Part shown: piece by piece, positions 1 to 12,342 of the stretch
Layout of the letters: every line of letters begins with the position of its first letter
Numbering within the stretch: the first letter of the stretch is position 1
DNA from: the human T2T-CHM13v2.0 reference genome, Homo sapiens
Strand: one strand, 5' to 3'
DNA length: 64,000 bases
Assembly: GCF_009914755.1 (NCBI RefSeq)
Contig: NC_060927.1
Position numbers and translations under genes: made by a program
Notes under the pieces: model-generated
What the model was told of the DNA's origin: nothing
What the model saw: only the letters and a program-made list of their open reading frames with translations
Databases searched by the model: none

Positions 1-83
1 CACTCTAGCCTGGGTGACAGAGAGAGATTCCATCTCAAAAACACAAAAAAACAAAAACAAAAACAAAAAATAAAAAAATAAAT
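1..83 (+). mobile_element. Alu 3' end with A-rich tail, cut by the window edge
   Basis: cactctagcctgggtgacagagagagattccatctc followed by an A-rich tail matches the Alu right-arm terminus. Confidence 0.9.
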
Positions 84-207
84 AACCTGGAACAAGACAA
101 GGATGTCCATTCTCACCACTCCTATTCAACATAGTACTGGAAGTTCCCACCAAAGCAACCAGGCAAGAGAAAGAAATAACAGCCATTGAAATTGAAAAAG
201 AAGACCA

Positions 208-497
208 GGCTGGGCGCGGTGGCTCACACCTGTAATCCCAGCACTTTGGGAGGCCAAGGCAGGCGGATCATAAGGTCAGGAGATCGAGACCATCCTGGCT
301 AACATGGTGAAACCCCGTCTCTACTAAAAACACAAAAAATTAGCCGGGCGTGGTGGCGGGCACCTGTAGTCCCAGCTACTTAGGAGGCTGAGGCAGGAGA
401 ATGGCATTAACCCGGGAAGCGGAGCTTGCAGTGAGCCGAGATTGCACCACGGCACTGCATCCTGGGCGACAGCACAAGACTCCATCTCAAAAAAAAA
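208..497 (+). mobile_element. AluY, full length
   Basis: Dimeric Alu with Y-type positions (gagatcgagaccatcctggctaac, gagaatggc, ggagcttgcag). 13-bp TSD aaaaagaagacca at 195-207 and 498-510. Confidence 0.93.
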
Positions 498-1768
498 AAA
501 AAGAAGACCAAATTATCTCTGTTCATTGAAGACATGATATTATACATAGGAAACTCTATAGACTCCTCCAAAAGATTCCTAGACTTGATAAATTATTTCA
601 ATAAAGTATCGGGATACAAAATCAATGTACAAAACTCAGTAACATTTCTATACACCAATAACATTCAAGCTTAAAGACAAATCAAGAACTCAATCCAATT
701 TACAATAGTCACACAATAAAAAATACTAGGAATACATTTAACCAAGGAGATGAAAGATCTCTACAAAACACTGATAAAGTAAATCATAGATGACACAAAC
801 TAATAGAAAACATTCCATGCTCATGGATTGGAAGAATCAATATTGTTAAAATGAACATATTGCCCAAAGCAGTCTACAGAATCAACACAATTTCTATCAA
901 AGTATCAATGTTATTCTTCACAAAATTAAAAAAAAAAACCATTTAAAGTTTGTATGGATCCAAAAAGGAGTCCAAATAGCCAAAGCAATCCTAAGCAAAA
1001 AGAACAAATCCAGAGGCATCACATTGCCTAACTTCAAATTATATCACAAGGCTATAGTAACTAAAACAGCACATTACTGGTACAAAAAGAGACACATACT
1101 GATCAACGGAACAGAATAGAAAACCCTAAAGTAAAGCCACATACCTACAGCCAATTGATCTTAATAACATTGACAAAAATAAACAATAGAAAAGGACACC
1201 TTATTCAATAAATGGTGCTAGGGAAATTGGGTAGCCATATGCAGAAGAATAAAACAACTCCTACCTCTCACCATATACCAAAATTAACTAAAGATGGATT
1301 AAAGACCTAAATGTAAGACCTGAAACTAAAAATTCCTAGAAGAAAATTTAGGAAAAACTCTTCTGGACATTGGCCTAGGCAAAGAATTTATGAATCAGAC
1401 CACAAAAGCAAATGCAACAAAACAAAAATAGATTAATGGGATTTAATTAACCTAAAAAGCTTCTTTACAGCAAAAGAAATAATCAAGAGAGTAAACAGAC
1501 AACCTAAAGAATGAGAGAAAATATTTGCAAGTTATGCCTCTGACAAAGGACAAATATCCAGAATCTAAAAAAAAAACTCAAACAACTCAAGACAAAAACA
1601 CATAATCCCATTAAAAAGTGGCCAAAAGACATGAACAGACATTTCTCAAAAGAAAATATACAAACAGCCAACAAACATATGAAAAAGTGCTCAACATCAG
1701 TAATCATCAGAGAAATGCAAATTAAAATCACAATGAAGTACCATCTCACACCAATCAGAATGGCTGTT

Positions 1769-2150
1769 TTTTAGTTGGTTTTTATTTTTTTAACTTTTAT
1801 TTTAGTTTCAGAGGTACATGTGCAGGTTTGTTATATAGGTAAATTGCATATCACAGGGGTTTGATGTACAGATAATTTCTCCACCCAAGTAACAAGCATA
1901 ATACCCAATAGGTAGTTTTTTGATCCTCATCCTCCTTTCCTCCTTTCCTCATCCTCCTCCACCCTCAGTTTCCCAGTGTCTGTTGTTCCCTTCTTTGTGT
2001 CCTTATGTACTCAGTGGTTAGCTCTCACTTTGAGAACATGTGGTATTTGGTTTCCTGTTTCTATGTTAGTTCACTTAGGAAAATGGCCTCCAGCTCCATT
2101 CATATTGCTGCAAAGGACATAATTTTGTCCCTTTTTTTGGCTGTGTAGTA
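1769..2150 (-). mobile_element. 5'-truncated L1 3' end (L1PA15/16-like) inserted antisense into the host L1
   Basis: T-rich tail followed by reverse-complement L1 3'UTR. Degenerate TSD cagaatggctgtt (1756-1768) / cagaatgtctatt (2151-2163). Confidence 0.85.
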
Positions 2151-3269
2151 CAGAATGTCTATTAAAACATCAAAAAACAGTAGATGTTGGCAAGGATGCA
2201 GAGAAAAGGGAACGCTTACACATTGTTGGTGGGAATGTAAATTAGCACAACCGCTATTAAAAATAGTATGCAGATTTCTGAAAGAACTAATAAATAGAAC
2301 TACTATTTGACCCAGCAATCCCCTACTGGGCACCTACCCAAAGGAAAAAAAATCATTATACAAAAAAGACACCTGCACTTGTATGTTTATCTCAGCACTA
2401 TCCACAATAAGCAAGTTACGGAATAAACCCAAGTGTCCATCAACAGTTGATTAGATAAAGAAAGTACGGTGTATGTACATCATGAAACACTATACAGCCA
2501 TTTAAAAAATGAAATCATGTTCTTTGCAGCAAAATGGGTGGAGCACAAGGCATTTTTCTAACAAAAATAACTCAAAAACAGAAAACCACCTACCACATGT
2601 TCTCATTTATAAGTGGGGGCTAAACAATGGGTACATATGGACATAAAGGTGGAAATAATAAATACTGGGAACTCCAAAGAGGGGAGAGTGGCAAGGGGGG
2701 TGAGGGTTAAAAATTCCCTATTGGGTACAATGTTTACTATTTGAGTAATGGGTTCACTGGAAGCCCAAACCTCATCATTATGCAACATATTCATGTAACA
2801 ATCCTTCCCATGTGTCCCCTGAATCTAAAATTTTAATTTTAATTTTTAAAAATTCTTATTCAATTTGTGTTTCTATAGCTGAGCTCAAACAAGTTCTCTT
2901 TGTTTGAAAAGGTATAAATAAATTTAGTTGTGGATGTGCTTCAAACTTCTTCTCATAGAGCTGGGTTCCACAAGTTGGGCTGTTTTACTCCCTAACGTTA
3001 GATTGCGAAGGTCAAACATTAAGATGGTCCTAACTCAGATAAACCTAGCTGAATAGCACACCCCCAAAATAATAAAACCAGGACTGAAGTCTTTTGTTTA
3101 CAAAACAAAGACTACTGACTCATAACTAATATCAGCTTACTTGTCATTTGTTCATACCTTGTTTTTCATTTCAGGTCAAAACACACTGAAATTTACTCAA
3201 TACTAATGGTCTTCCCCTGATGCCCCAGTCTCTGCAAGGTTGCTTTTTTCTCCAGAGATTTAACTTGCA

Positions 3270-3378
3270 ATGCTCTGACTTCACAATTTTTCAACTTTAT
3301 GGTGGTGTAAAACCTATATGCATTGAGTACACTACTCAATTTACCACCATGGGGCTATGTCTCGATAAGCCCATTGTG
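3270..3378. mobile_element. MER47-like (TcMar-Tigger) fragment
   Basis: gacttcacaatttttcaactttatggtggtgtaaaa and ggggctatgtctcgataagcccattgt resemble MER47 and the copy at 58.1-58.4 kb. Confidence 0.55.
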
Positions 3379-3394
3379 GAAGCATCTGTATTCA

Positions 3395-3520
3395 AATCCC
3401 TATTTTACAAATGAAGAAATCAAGGCACAGAAACATTAACAAACTTTTCAAGTTGACACACTCATAAGATGCAAAATTTTGAATTGATACCAGGTCTGAC
3501 CGCCTCAGACTGTGGTACTC
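3395..3520 (-). mobile_element. MIR fragment
   Basis: Reverse MIR core: cctattttacaaatgaagaaatcaaggcacaga. Confidence 0.65.
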
Positions 3521-3544
3521 ACCAAATATTCTGTGTGCTACCCT

Positions 3545-3912
3545 GCATCTTCCAGCCTCCATGCACTTAGACTGAGGTCATGTGCCCAGTAGGTGAGAGC
3601 AAAACAAGGAGCAAATTACAATGATGTGTGTGCCTTTTCTGAGCTGAGGCATTTAAAAGCAGTAACTCTCAAAGCCATGAGTTGAGATGGTACAGTCTTC
3701 AAATACAGAGCCTGAATCCATGAGACACCATGTGGAAGAGGGTTACTGTGAGGAATCACGAGATGTGCATTAGACTTTCTGAAAGCAAGAAACAAACCTT
3801 TGTTATGTTAATCCCCTAACACTCCAGAGATTTTCTGGTTTTGTTGCTGTTCTTGTTGTTGTTGTTGTTGTTTTTGTTGCCGCCACAGCATATTCTTGCA
3901 TTACCCTAACAC
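3545..3912 (+). mobile_element. Old MaLR LTR (MLT1J/K-like) containing a (GTT)n tract
   Basis: gagcctgaatccatgagacaccatgtgga ... agaaacaaacctttgttatgttaa ... cacagcata is typical of the MLT1 3' part. Confidence 0.55.
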
Positions 3913-4599
3913 AGACCCCAAAACCTGTGTCCTCAACCCTAAAACTCTAACTTCTTCCAACTTGTCTTTTCAGAGTACTTATCTAATGTAAGGCAGAGAA
4001 AAAGAGATGAGGAAATAAATATATCAAACGCTATCATTTTCTTCAACAGGGATGTGGGAATAAAATATTTGTGAAGGAGCCACATGAATACCAGGAGGAG
4101 ATCATGAGTAACTTTACAAGACACCACAACAGAACTGGTATCATGAGGGAGTCCACAGGTTGGCTTGGAGCAAGAGGAGAAGTGGATGAAATGCACATAG
4201 GCTGTGGCATTATTCTACTCCAACAAAATCCTTCTTCTTGCTACCCACACCAAATTTACACTTTTGATAAAACTTTAATAAATTTTCTGCTATGCTGAAG
4301 ATTGTCATACACTGGAATACAAGATTCCATAACAAAGAAAGATTTTAAAGACCCACAGAATGGCTTACAGATGCAGAACAGATTCTATCATCTATTCTAG
4401 GAAGTTTCTACCTACTCTTGGTGGAACAAAGCGTGAACTTCTTTCTCTCAATTCATTTACATTTAGGCATCCTCCTCTCCATTGTCTTTCCCATGCATTA
4501 TACAAAAGAAAAGATACACTCTCCTTCTGGTAATATTAAACTTGGAAATAATAAATGTGCTTACCTTCCTCCCAGCAATTTCTCCCTGAATTTACACTA

Positions 4600-4862
4600 C
4601 TCATGCAAAATTCAAACATATGTACATATAAGTTCATGGCAGCATAATTTATAATAGTGAAAAACTGGAAGCAATTGAAATGTTCATTAACAAAAGACTG
4701 GACATATTAGTTATGGTATTTACCTTAAAAAATATTTTATGGTTCATAAAAATGATTTGGTAGCTCTAGATTTATTGACATGCAAACACACCCATGCCAG
4801 GTTTATGAGTAAAAATGTGCATTATAAAAATATCTGTAGTGTAATCCTATTTATAAAAAACT
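4600..4862 (+). mobile_element. L1ME-like 3' fragment (left part; resumes near 15,350)
   Basis: gttcatggcagcataatttataatagtgaaaaactggaagcaattgaaatgttca resembles the ORF2 C-terminus and 3'UTR of an old L1. Confidence 0.6.
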
Positions 4863-5429
4863 GGGAAGGAGTGGCCAAGATGGCCAACTAGATGCAGCTC
4901 TCATGGAGAGGAATGGAAGGGGTGAGTAAATACAATACCTTCAACTGAAACATCCAGGTACTTGTATTGGGACTAATCAAGAAAACAACTTGACCCATGG
5001 AGAATGAAGAAAAGCAAGACAGGACAACAGCACCTCCGGGAGCAATACAGAGCCAAGGGAAACTCCCTGACCCGGGGAAGTAGTGAGTAAATATTGGACC
5101 CAGGGAAACCATGCTTCTTCCACAGATCTTTGAAACCCTTGGGTCAAGAGACCTTGTGCACCTACTCCACCAGGACCTTCAGTCAGATAGATATGTGGAG
5201 TCTCAGCAAAGCAGCCATCCAGGCACACATGGAGACCCTAGAGCCTTAGATATTTGGGCTATCTGGCAAAAGTAGCTGAAGCTCCAGCAATGTGGGAGGC
5301 TAGACCCCTGTAAATACCCCTAAGAAAGAGGCTGAATCCAGGGGGCTGAGCAGTGACAAGCTGCAGGTCAGACTTCCATGGCACTTCATAAGATAAGACC
5401 CACTGGCTTGGAATTCCAGCCAGCCACCA

Positions 5430-6125
5430 GTAGCAGGATTGCACCTCCCTAAAAAGGAGCTCCCAGGGGAGGGGCAGGCCACTATCTTTGCTGTTTGGGT
5501 GCCTTAGCCATTCCAGCCTTCAGGCTTCAGAGAGCCTGAGCTGACCAGAGTGGAAAGTATCCCCCAGCACAGCACAGCTGCTCTATCAAAACATGGCTAG
5601 ACTGCTGCTTTAAGCAGGTGCCCAATCCCATTTCTCCTCACTGGGCAGGACCTCCCAAATGGGGCCTCCAGCCATCCCACTTGTACTCTCCAGCCAACAG
5701 AGATTTAAATTCTCCCTGAGACTGCACCCCCAAAGGGAGGGGCAGGACACCATCTTTGCTGTTTGGGTAACTTAGCTGATCCAGGCTTTGGGCTTTGGAG
5801 AGTCCTAGCCAACTGGGGCCAGAAGAGATCCCCCAGCACAGCACAGCTGCTCTACCAAAATGTGGCCAGACTGCTTCATTAAGTAGGCCTCTGATTCCAC
5901 TCCTCCTTACTGGGTGGGACCTCCCAACTGGGGCCTCCATCCCCCCCCTGGTCAGTGTTCTCCTGCTGACAAAGATTTGTAACCTCCCTGGGATTGATCC
6001 CCCAGAGGGAGGGGCAGGCCACCATCTTTGCTGTTTGGGCAATTTAGCCCTTCCAGCAACAAGCTTGTACCTCTCTGGAACAAAGCTCCCAGAGGGAGGG
6101 ACAGGCTGCCATCTTTGCTGTTTCA
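5430..6125 (+). repeat. Tandem ~270-bp units in the L1 5'UTR
   Basis: The motif ggggcagg..accatctttgctgtttggg recurs at ~5481, ~5748, ~6021 and partially at ~6108; ccccagcacagcacagctgctcta occurs twice. Confidence 0.8.
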
Positions 6126-7482
6126 AAACCTTCACTGGTTATACCTCTGGGTACTGGAAAATTCAAGGTGACTAGCAACTCGAGTGGGCCCCAAGCATAC
6201 CACAGCAGCCCTATGGAAAAGTGCCCAGACTGTTAGGTGAATGCCCATTCCCATATGCCACCTTTGGACTAACAAAGGAGCAAAGACCCTAAGTGCCTTA
6301 TCCACACCTCCAAAACGCTGCAGTCAACCCAAGGAGAGACCAGTCCATCTCCCATGGGTCCCACATACCACCACTGCTCATCACCAGACAGGGAATCCCT
6401 GGCTTAGGTCCACAGGACAGACACTGCATCCTGAGCTGATTGCACTGAGCAATTGCTGACCTTCATCTTTCTGGAGTGGAGCCCCTAGGAGATATACAAA
6501 TGAACCTAGACCACACCACTACTAAGATCCCTTCCTCTGCTGCCTCCTAGTCAGAGAAAGAAAATAAACACTGAGATCACCCCAGAGCTGCAGTGGGCAG
6601 CCAGGAGTGCCAAGTCATGATCTACAGCCAGCACTCAAGGGGGAAAGGAACCCATGCTTTCAGAGTATTGAGAGGGAACATGGCTGCAACTATGTGGAAA
6701 CATAGGGAAGCCACACAACCAAGCAAGAGTTTACCAACTGACAAAGAAGCCTGAGTACTACCTGCTGGATCACACCCCAAAGCTTCAAAACCACAAATAT
6801 CTCACTAATATACCCCCTCTCTGAAACCAGAGACAAGAAAGCACCTTCAAATAAAGACCGTGCACAAAGCCTAGGCCCAGTGGAAACAAGCAGAAAAGAA
6901 GTCTACTGACTGTATTCAATCTACACTGCAGGTAAAGGAACACCCACACACAGATATGAGAAAGAACCAATGCAAGAATTCCAGTAACTCAAATGGCCAG
7001 AGTGTCATATGTCCTCCAAATGACCACACCAGCTCTCCAGCAAGTGTTCTTAACCAGGCTAAGGTTGGAATGACATACAGAGATTTCAGAATATGGATAG
7101 GAACGAAGGTCAACAAGATTCAGTGGGATGGCAAAACTCAATCTAAGGAAAAGAAGAATCACAATAAAGTGATACAGGAGCTGAAGGATAAAACAGCCAG
7201 TATAAAAAAAGAAGCTAACAGGTCTGAAAGAGCAGAATAACACAATACAAGGATTTCACAATGCAATCACAAGTATTAACAGCAGAATAAACCAAGCTGA
7301 GGAAAGAATCTCAGAACTTGAAGACTGGTTCCCTGAAATGAGACAATCAGACAAAAATAAAGAAAAAGTAATAAAAACCAATGAACAAAACCTTCTAGAA
7401 GCATGGGATATGTAAAGAGGCCAAATCTATGAACATTGGCATCCCTGAAATGGAGGGTAAGAAATCAAACAACTTAGAAAAA

Positions 7483-9814
7483 ATGCAAGGCTGGTTCAAC
7501 ACACGCAAATCAATAAACGTAATCCAGCATATAAACAGAACCAAAGACAAAAACCACATGATTATCTCAATAGATGCAGAAAAGGCCTTTGACAAAATTC
7601 AACAACCCTTCATGCTAAAAACTCTCAGTAAATTAGGGATTGATGGGACATATCTCAAAATAATAAGAGCTATTTATGACAAACCCATAGCCAGTATCAT
7701 ACTGAATGAGCAAAAACTGGAAGCATTCCCTTTGAAAACTGGCTCAAGACAGGGATGCCCTCTCTCACCATTCTTATTCAACATAGTGTTGGAAGTTCTG
7801 GCCTGGGCAACCAGGCAGCAGAAAGATATAAAGGGTATTCAATGAGGAAAAGAGGAAGTCAATTGTCCTTGTTTGCAGATGACTTGATTGTATATCTAGG
7901 AAATCCCATCATCTCAGCCCAAAATCTCCTTAAGCTGATAGGCAACTTCAGCAAAGTCTCAGGATACAAAATCAATGTGCAAAAATCACAGGCGTTCTTA
8001 TACACCAATAACAGAGAAACAGAGAGCCAAATCATGAGTGAAGTCCCATTCACCATTGCTTCAAAGAGAATAAAATACCTAGGAATCCAATTTACAAGGG
8101 ATGTGAAAGACCTCTTCAAGGAGAACTACAAACCACTGCCCAACGAACTAAAAGAGGACACAAACAAATGGAAGAACATTCCATGCTCATGGATAGGAAG
8201 AATCAGTATCGTGAAAATGGCCATACTGCCCAAGGTAATTTATAGATTCAATGCCATCCCCATCAAGCTACCAATGACTTTCTCCACAAAATTTGGAGAA
8301 AACTACTTTAAAGTTCATATGGAACCAAAAAAGAGCCTGCATTGCCAAGTTAATCCTAAGCCAAAAGAACAAAGCTGGAGGCATCATGCTACCTGACTTC
8401 AAACTATACTACAGGACAGCATGGTAACAGTACCAAAACAGAGATATAGACCAATGGAACAGAACAGAGCACTCAGAAATAATACCACACATCAACAACC
8501 ATCTGATCTTTGACAAACGTGACAAAAACAAGAAATGGGGAAAGGATTCCCTATTTAATAAATGGTGCTGGGAAAACTGGCTAGCCATACGTAGAAAACT
8601 GAAACTGGATCCCTTCCTTACACCTTATACAAAAATCAATTCAAGATGGATTAAAGACTTAAATGTTAGACCTAAAACCATACAAACTCTAGAAGAAAAC
8701 CTAGGCAATACCATTCAGGACATAGGCATGGGCAAGGACTTCATGTCTAAAACACCAAAAGCAATAGCAACAAAAGCCAAAATTGACAAATGGGATCTAA
8801 TTAAACTAAAGAGCTTCTGCACAGCAAAAGAAACTACCATCAGAGTGAACAGGCAACCTACAAAATGGGAGAAAATTTTTGCAATCACTCATCTGACAAA
8901 GGGCTAATATCCAGAATCTACAAAGAACCCAAACAAATTTACAAGAAAAAAACAAACAACCCTGTCAAAAAGTGGGTGAAGGATATGAACAGACATTTCT
9001 TAAAAGAAGACATTTATGCAGCCAACAGACACATGAAAAAATGCTCATCATCACTGGCCATCAGAGAAATGCAAATCAAAACCACAATGAGATACCATCT
9101 CACACCAGTTAGAATGGCGATCATTAAAAAGTCAGGAAACAACAGATGCTGGAGAGGATGTGGAGAAATAGGAACAGTTTTACAATGTTGGTGGGACTGT
9201 AAACTAGTTCAACCATTGTGGAAGACAGTGTGGTGATTCCTCAAGGATCTAGAACTAGAAATACTATTTGACCCAGCCATCCCATTACTGGGTATATACC
9301 CAAAGTATCACAAATCATGCTGCTATAAAGACACATGCACATCTATGTTTATTGAGGCACTATTCACATTAGCAAAGTCTTGTAACCAACCCAAATGTCC
9401 ATCAGTGATAGACTGGATTAAGAAAATGTGGCACATATACACCATGGAATACTATGCAGCCATAAAAAAGGATGAGTTCATGTCCTTTGTAAGGACATGG
9501 ATGAAGCTGGAAACCATCATTCTCAGCAAACTACTGCAAGGACAAAAAACCAAACACCGCATGTTCTCACTCGTAGGTGGGACTTGAATAATGAGAACAC
9601 TTGGACATAGGAAGGGGAACATCACACACCAGGGCCTGTCATGGGGTGGGGGGAATGAGGAGGGATAGCATTAGGAGATATACCTAATGTAAATGACAAG
9701 TTAATGGGTGCAGCACACCAACATGGTACATGTATACACATGTAACAAACCTGCACATTGTGCACATGTACCCTAGAAGTTAAAGTATAATAAAACAAAC
9801 AAACAAAAAAAAAA
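7483..9814 (+). mobile_element. 5'-truncated younger L1PA (L1PA4/5-like), 2.3 kb, inserted into ORF1 of the older L1
   Basis: ORF2 RT peptides ([19 protein letters not shown]; [12 protein letters not shown]), primate 3'UTR and poly-A. Short TSD agaaaa at 7476-7481 and 9815-9820. Host ORF1 resumes at catatttcag. Confidence 0.92.
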
Positions 9815-10584
9815 AGAAAACATATTTCAGAATATCATTAGTGAAAACTTCTCCAACCTTGCTGGAGAGGCCAACAGTCAAATTCAAGAAATATGAAGAA
9901 CTTCTGCAAGATTCTATACAAGAAGATCATCCCCAAGACAAATGATCTTCATATTTTCCAAGGTCAAAATGAAAGAAAAAATGTTAAAGGAAGCTAGAGA
10001 GAAAGGGCAGGTCACCTGTAAAGAGAACCCCATCAGGCTAACAGCAGACCTCTCAGCTGAAATCCTACAAGCCAGAAGAGATTGGGGGCCTATAATCAAT
10101 GTTCCTTAAGAGAAAAATCTCCAATCAAGAATATTATATCCAGCCAAACCAAGCTTCCCTAAATGAAGGAGAAATAAGACCCCTTTCAGATAAGCAAATG
10201 TTGAGGGAATTTATTACCACAAGACCTGCCTTACAAGAAATCTTGAAAGGAGTACAAAATATGGAAAGGAAACAAAATATGGAAAGGAAAGGAAAGCTAA
10301 CACAAAAACACACTTAAACACACAGATTAGTGTCACTTTAAAGCAACCACACAAGTAAGCCAGCATAATAACCAGCTAACAGCACAATGACAGGATCAAA
10401 TCCACACATATCAATACTAAATGCCCCACTTAAATGGCACAGAGTAACAAGATGGATAAAAAAGCAAGACCCAATGGTATGCTGTCTTCAAGAGACTCAT
10501 CTCACATGTAATTACACTCATAGGCTCAGAATAAAGGGATAGAGGAAAATCTACCAAGCAAATGGAAAACAGAAAAAAAGCAGG

Positions 10585-10956
10585 TGATATGGTTTGGCTC
10601 TGTGTCCACACCCAAATCTCATCTCAAAATGTAATCCCCAATAATCCCCATGTGTCTAGGGAGGTACCTGGTGGGAGCTGATTGGATCATGGGGTCAGTT
10701 TCCCCCATGCTGATAGTGAGTAAGTTCTCATGAGATCTGATGGTTTTATAAGTGTTTGACAGTTCCTCCTTCACACACTCACTCTCTTTCTCTCCTGCCA
10801 CCTTGTGAAGAAGGTGCCTGCTTCCACTTCCACCATGATTGTAAGTTTCCTGATGACTCCCCAGCCATGTGGAACTGTGATTCAATTAAACCTCTTTCCT
10901 CTATAATCTACCCAGTTTTAGGGAAGTTCTTTATAGCAGTGTGAAAGCATACTAAT
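10585..10956 (+). mobile_element. THE1D-like MaLR solo LTR
   Basis: Starts tgatatggtttggctctgtgtcc and ends ctttatagcagtgtgaaagcatactaat; interrupts the L1 endonuclease region. Confidence 0.9.
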
Positions 10957-11974
10957 GGGTTGAAATCCTAATTTCAAACAAAACAGATTCCAAACTAAGA
11001 TCAGAAAATATGAGAAGGCCATTACATAATGGTGAAGGGTTCAATTCAACAAGTAGACCTAACTATGCTAAATATATATGCACCTAACACAGGAACATCC
11101 AGATTCATAAAGCAAGTTCTTAGAGACCTACAAAGAGACACAGACTCCCACGCAATAATGGCAGGAGACTTTAATACTCTACTGAGAGTATTAGACTAAT
11201 CATTAAGGTAGAAAATTAACAAAGATATTCAGAACCAAAATTCAACATTGGACCAAATGGATCTGAGAGACCTATACAGAACTCTCCACCCAACAGAATA
11301 TACATTATTCTCATTGCCATATGGCACATACTCTAAAATTGACCACATAATTGGATATAAAAAAATCCTCAACAAATGTAAAAGGACAAAAATCATACTA
11401 AACACACTCTCAGACCACAGTGCAATAAAAATAGTCAAAAGAAGGAAAGACTATGAAAATAGCTTAAAGCCATGCAATTACCTGGAAATTAAACATGACG
11501 TTCCTGAATGACTTTTGGGTAAATAATGAAATTAATGCAGAAATCAAGAAGTTCTTTGAAACTAATGAGAACAAAGACACACATACCAGAATCTCTGGGA
11601 CACAGCTAAGACAGTGTTTAGAGGGAAATTTATAGCACTAAATACCCACATCAAAAAGTTAGAGAGATCTCAAATTAACAACCTAACTTCCCAACTGAAA
11701 GAATTAGAGAAGCGAAAACAAATCAACCCCAAAGCTAGCAGAAGATACGAAATAACAAAAATCAGAGCTCAACTGAAAGAAACTGAGACATAAAATAACA
11801 TTCAAAAGATCAATAAATCCAGGAGTTGGTTTTTTGAAAAAATTAATAAAGTAGATAGGCCACTAGCTAGATCAATAAAAAAGAAAAGAGAAAAGATCCA
11901 AACAAACACAATAAACACAATTAGAAATGATGAAGGGAATGTTACTACTGACCCCACAGAAATAAAAACAACCA

Positions 11975-12342
11975 TGTATTAGTCTGTTTTCATGCTGCTA
12001 TAAAGAACTGTCTGAGAGTGGGTAATTTATAAAGAAAAGAGATTTAATTGACTCACAGTTCCACATGGCTGGGGAGGCCTCAGGAAACTTAAAGTCATGG
12101 TGAAAAGGGAAGCAAACACATCTTTTTTCACATGGTGGCAAGAGAGACAATGAGAGCCAAGTGAAAGGGGAAGTCTCTTATAAAACCATCATATATCATG
12201 AGAACTTATTCACTATCACGAGAACAGTATGGGGGAGACTGCCCCATGATTCAGTTATCTCCACCTGGTCCTGCCCTTGACATGTGGGGATTATTACGGT
12301 TCAAGATGAGATTTTGGGTGGTGACACTGCCAAACCATGTCA
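11975..12342 (-). mobile_element. THE1C/D-like MaLR solo LTR
   Basis: tgtattagtc...ccaaaccatgtca with perfect 5-bp TSD aacca (11970-11974, 12343-12347). Confidence 0.92.

Larger units (their letters stand above)
84..2850 (+). mobile_element. Old LINE-1 (L1PB4/L1MA-like): ORF2 3' half and 3'UTR, interrupted by an Alu and an antisense L1 fragment
   Basis: Degenerate ORF2 sequence (ctcaccactcctattcaacatagtactggaag; ttcaataaatggtgctagggaaa) and a 3'UTR ending cccctgaatctaaaa. Confidence 0.85.

Noticed and set aside
5638-6175. 165-aa and 126-aa ORFs with internal repeats
   Set aside because: Chance frames through the GC-rich, tandemly repeated L1 5'UTR.
10255-10295. Short tandem duplication caaaatatggaaaggaaa, with a similar 18-bp case at ~33,195-33,240
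   Set aside because: Ordinary slippage inside decayed repeats.
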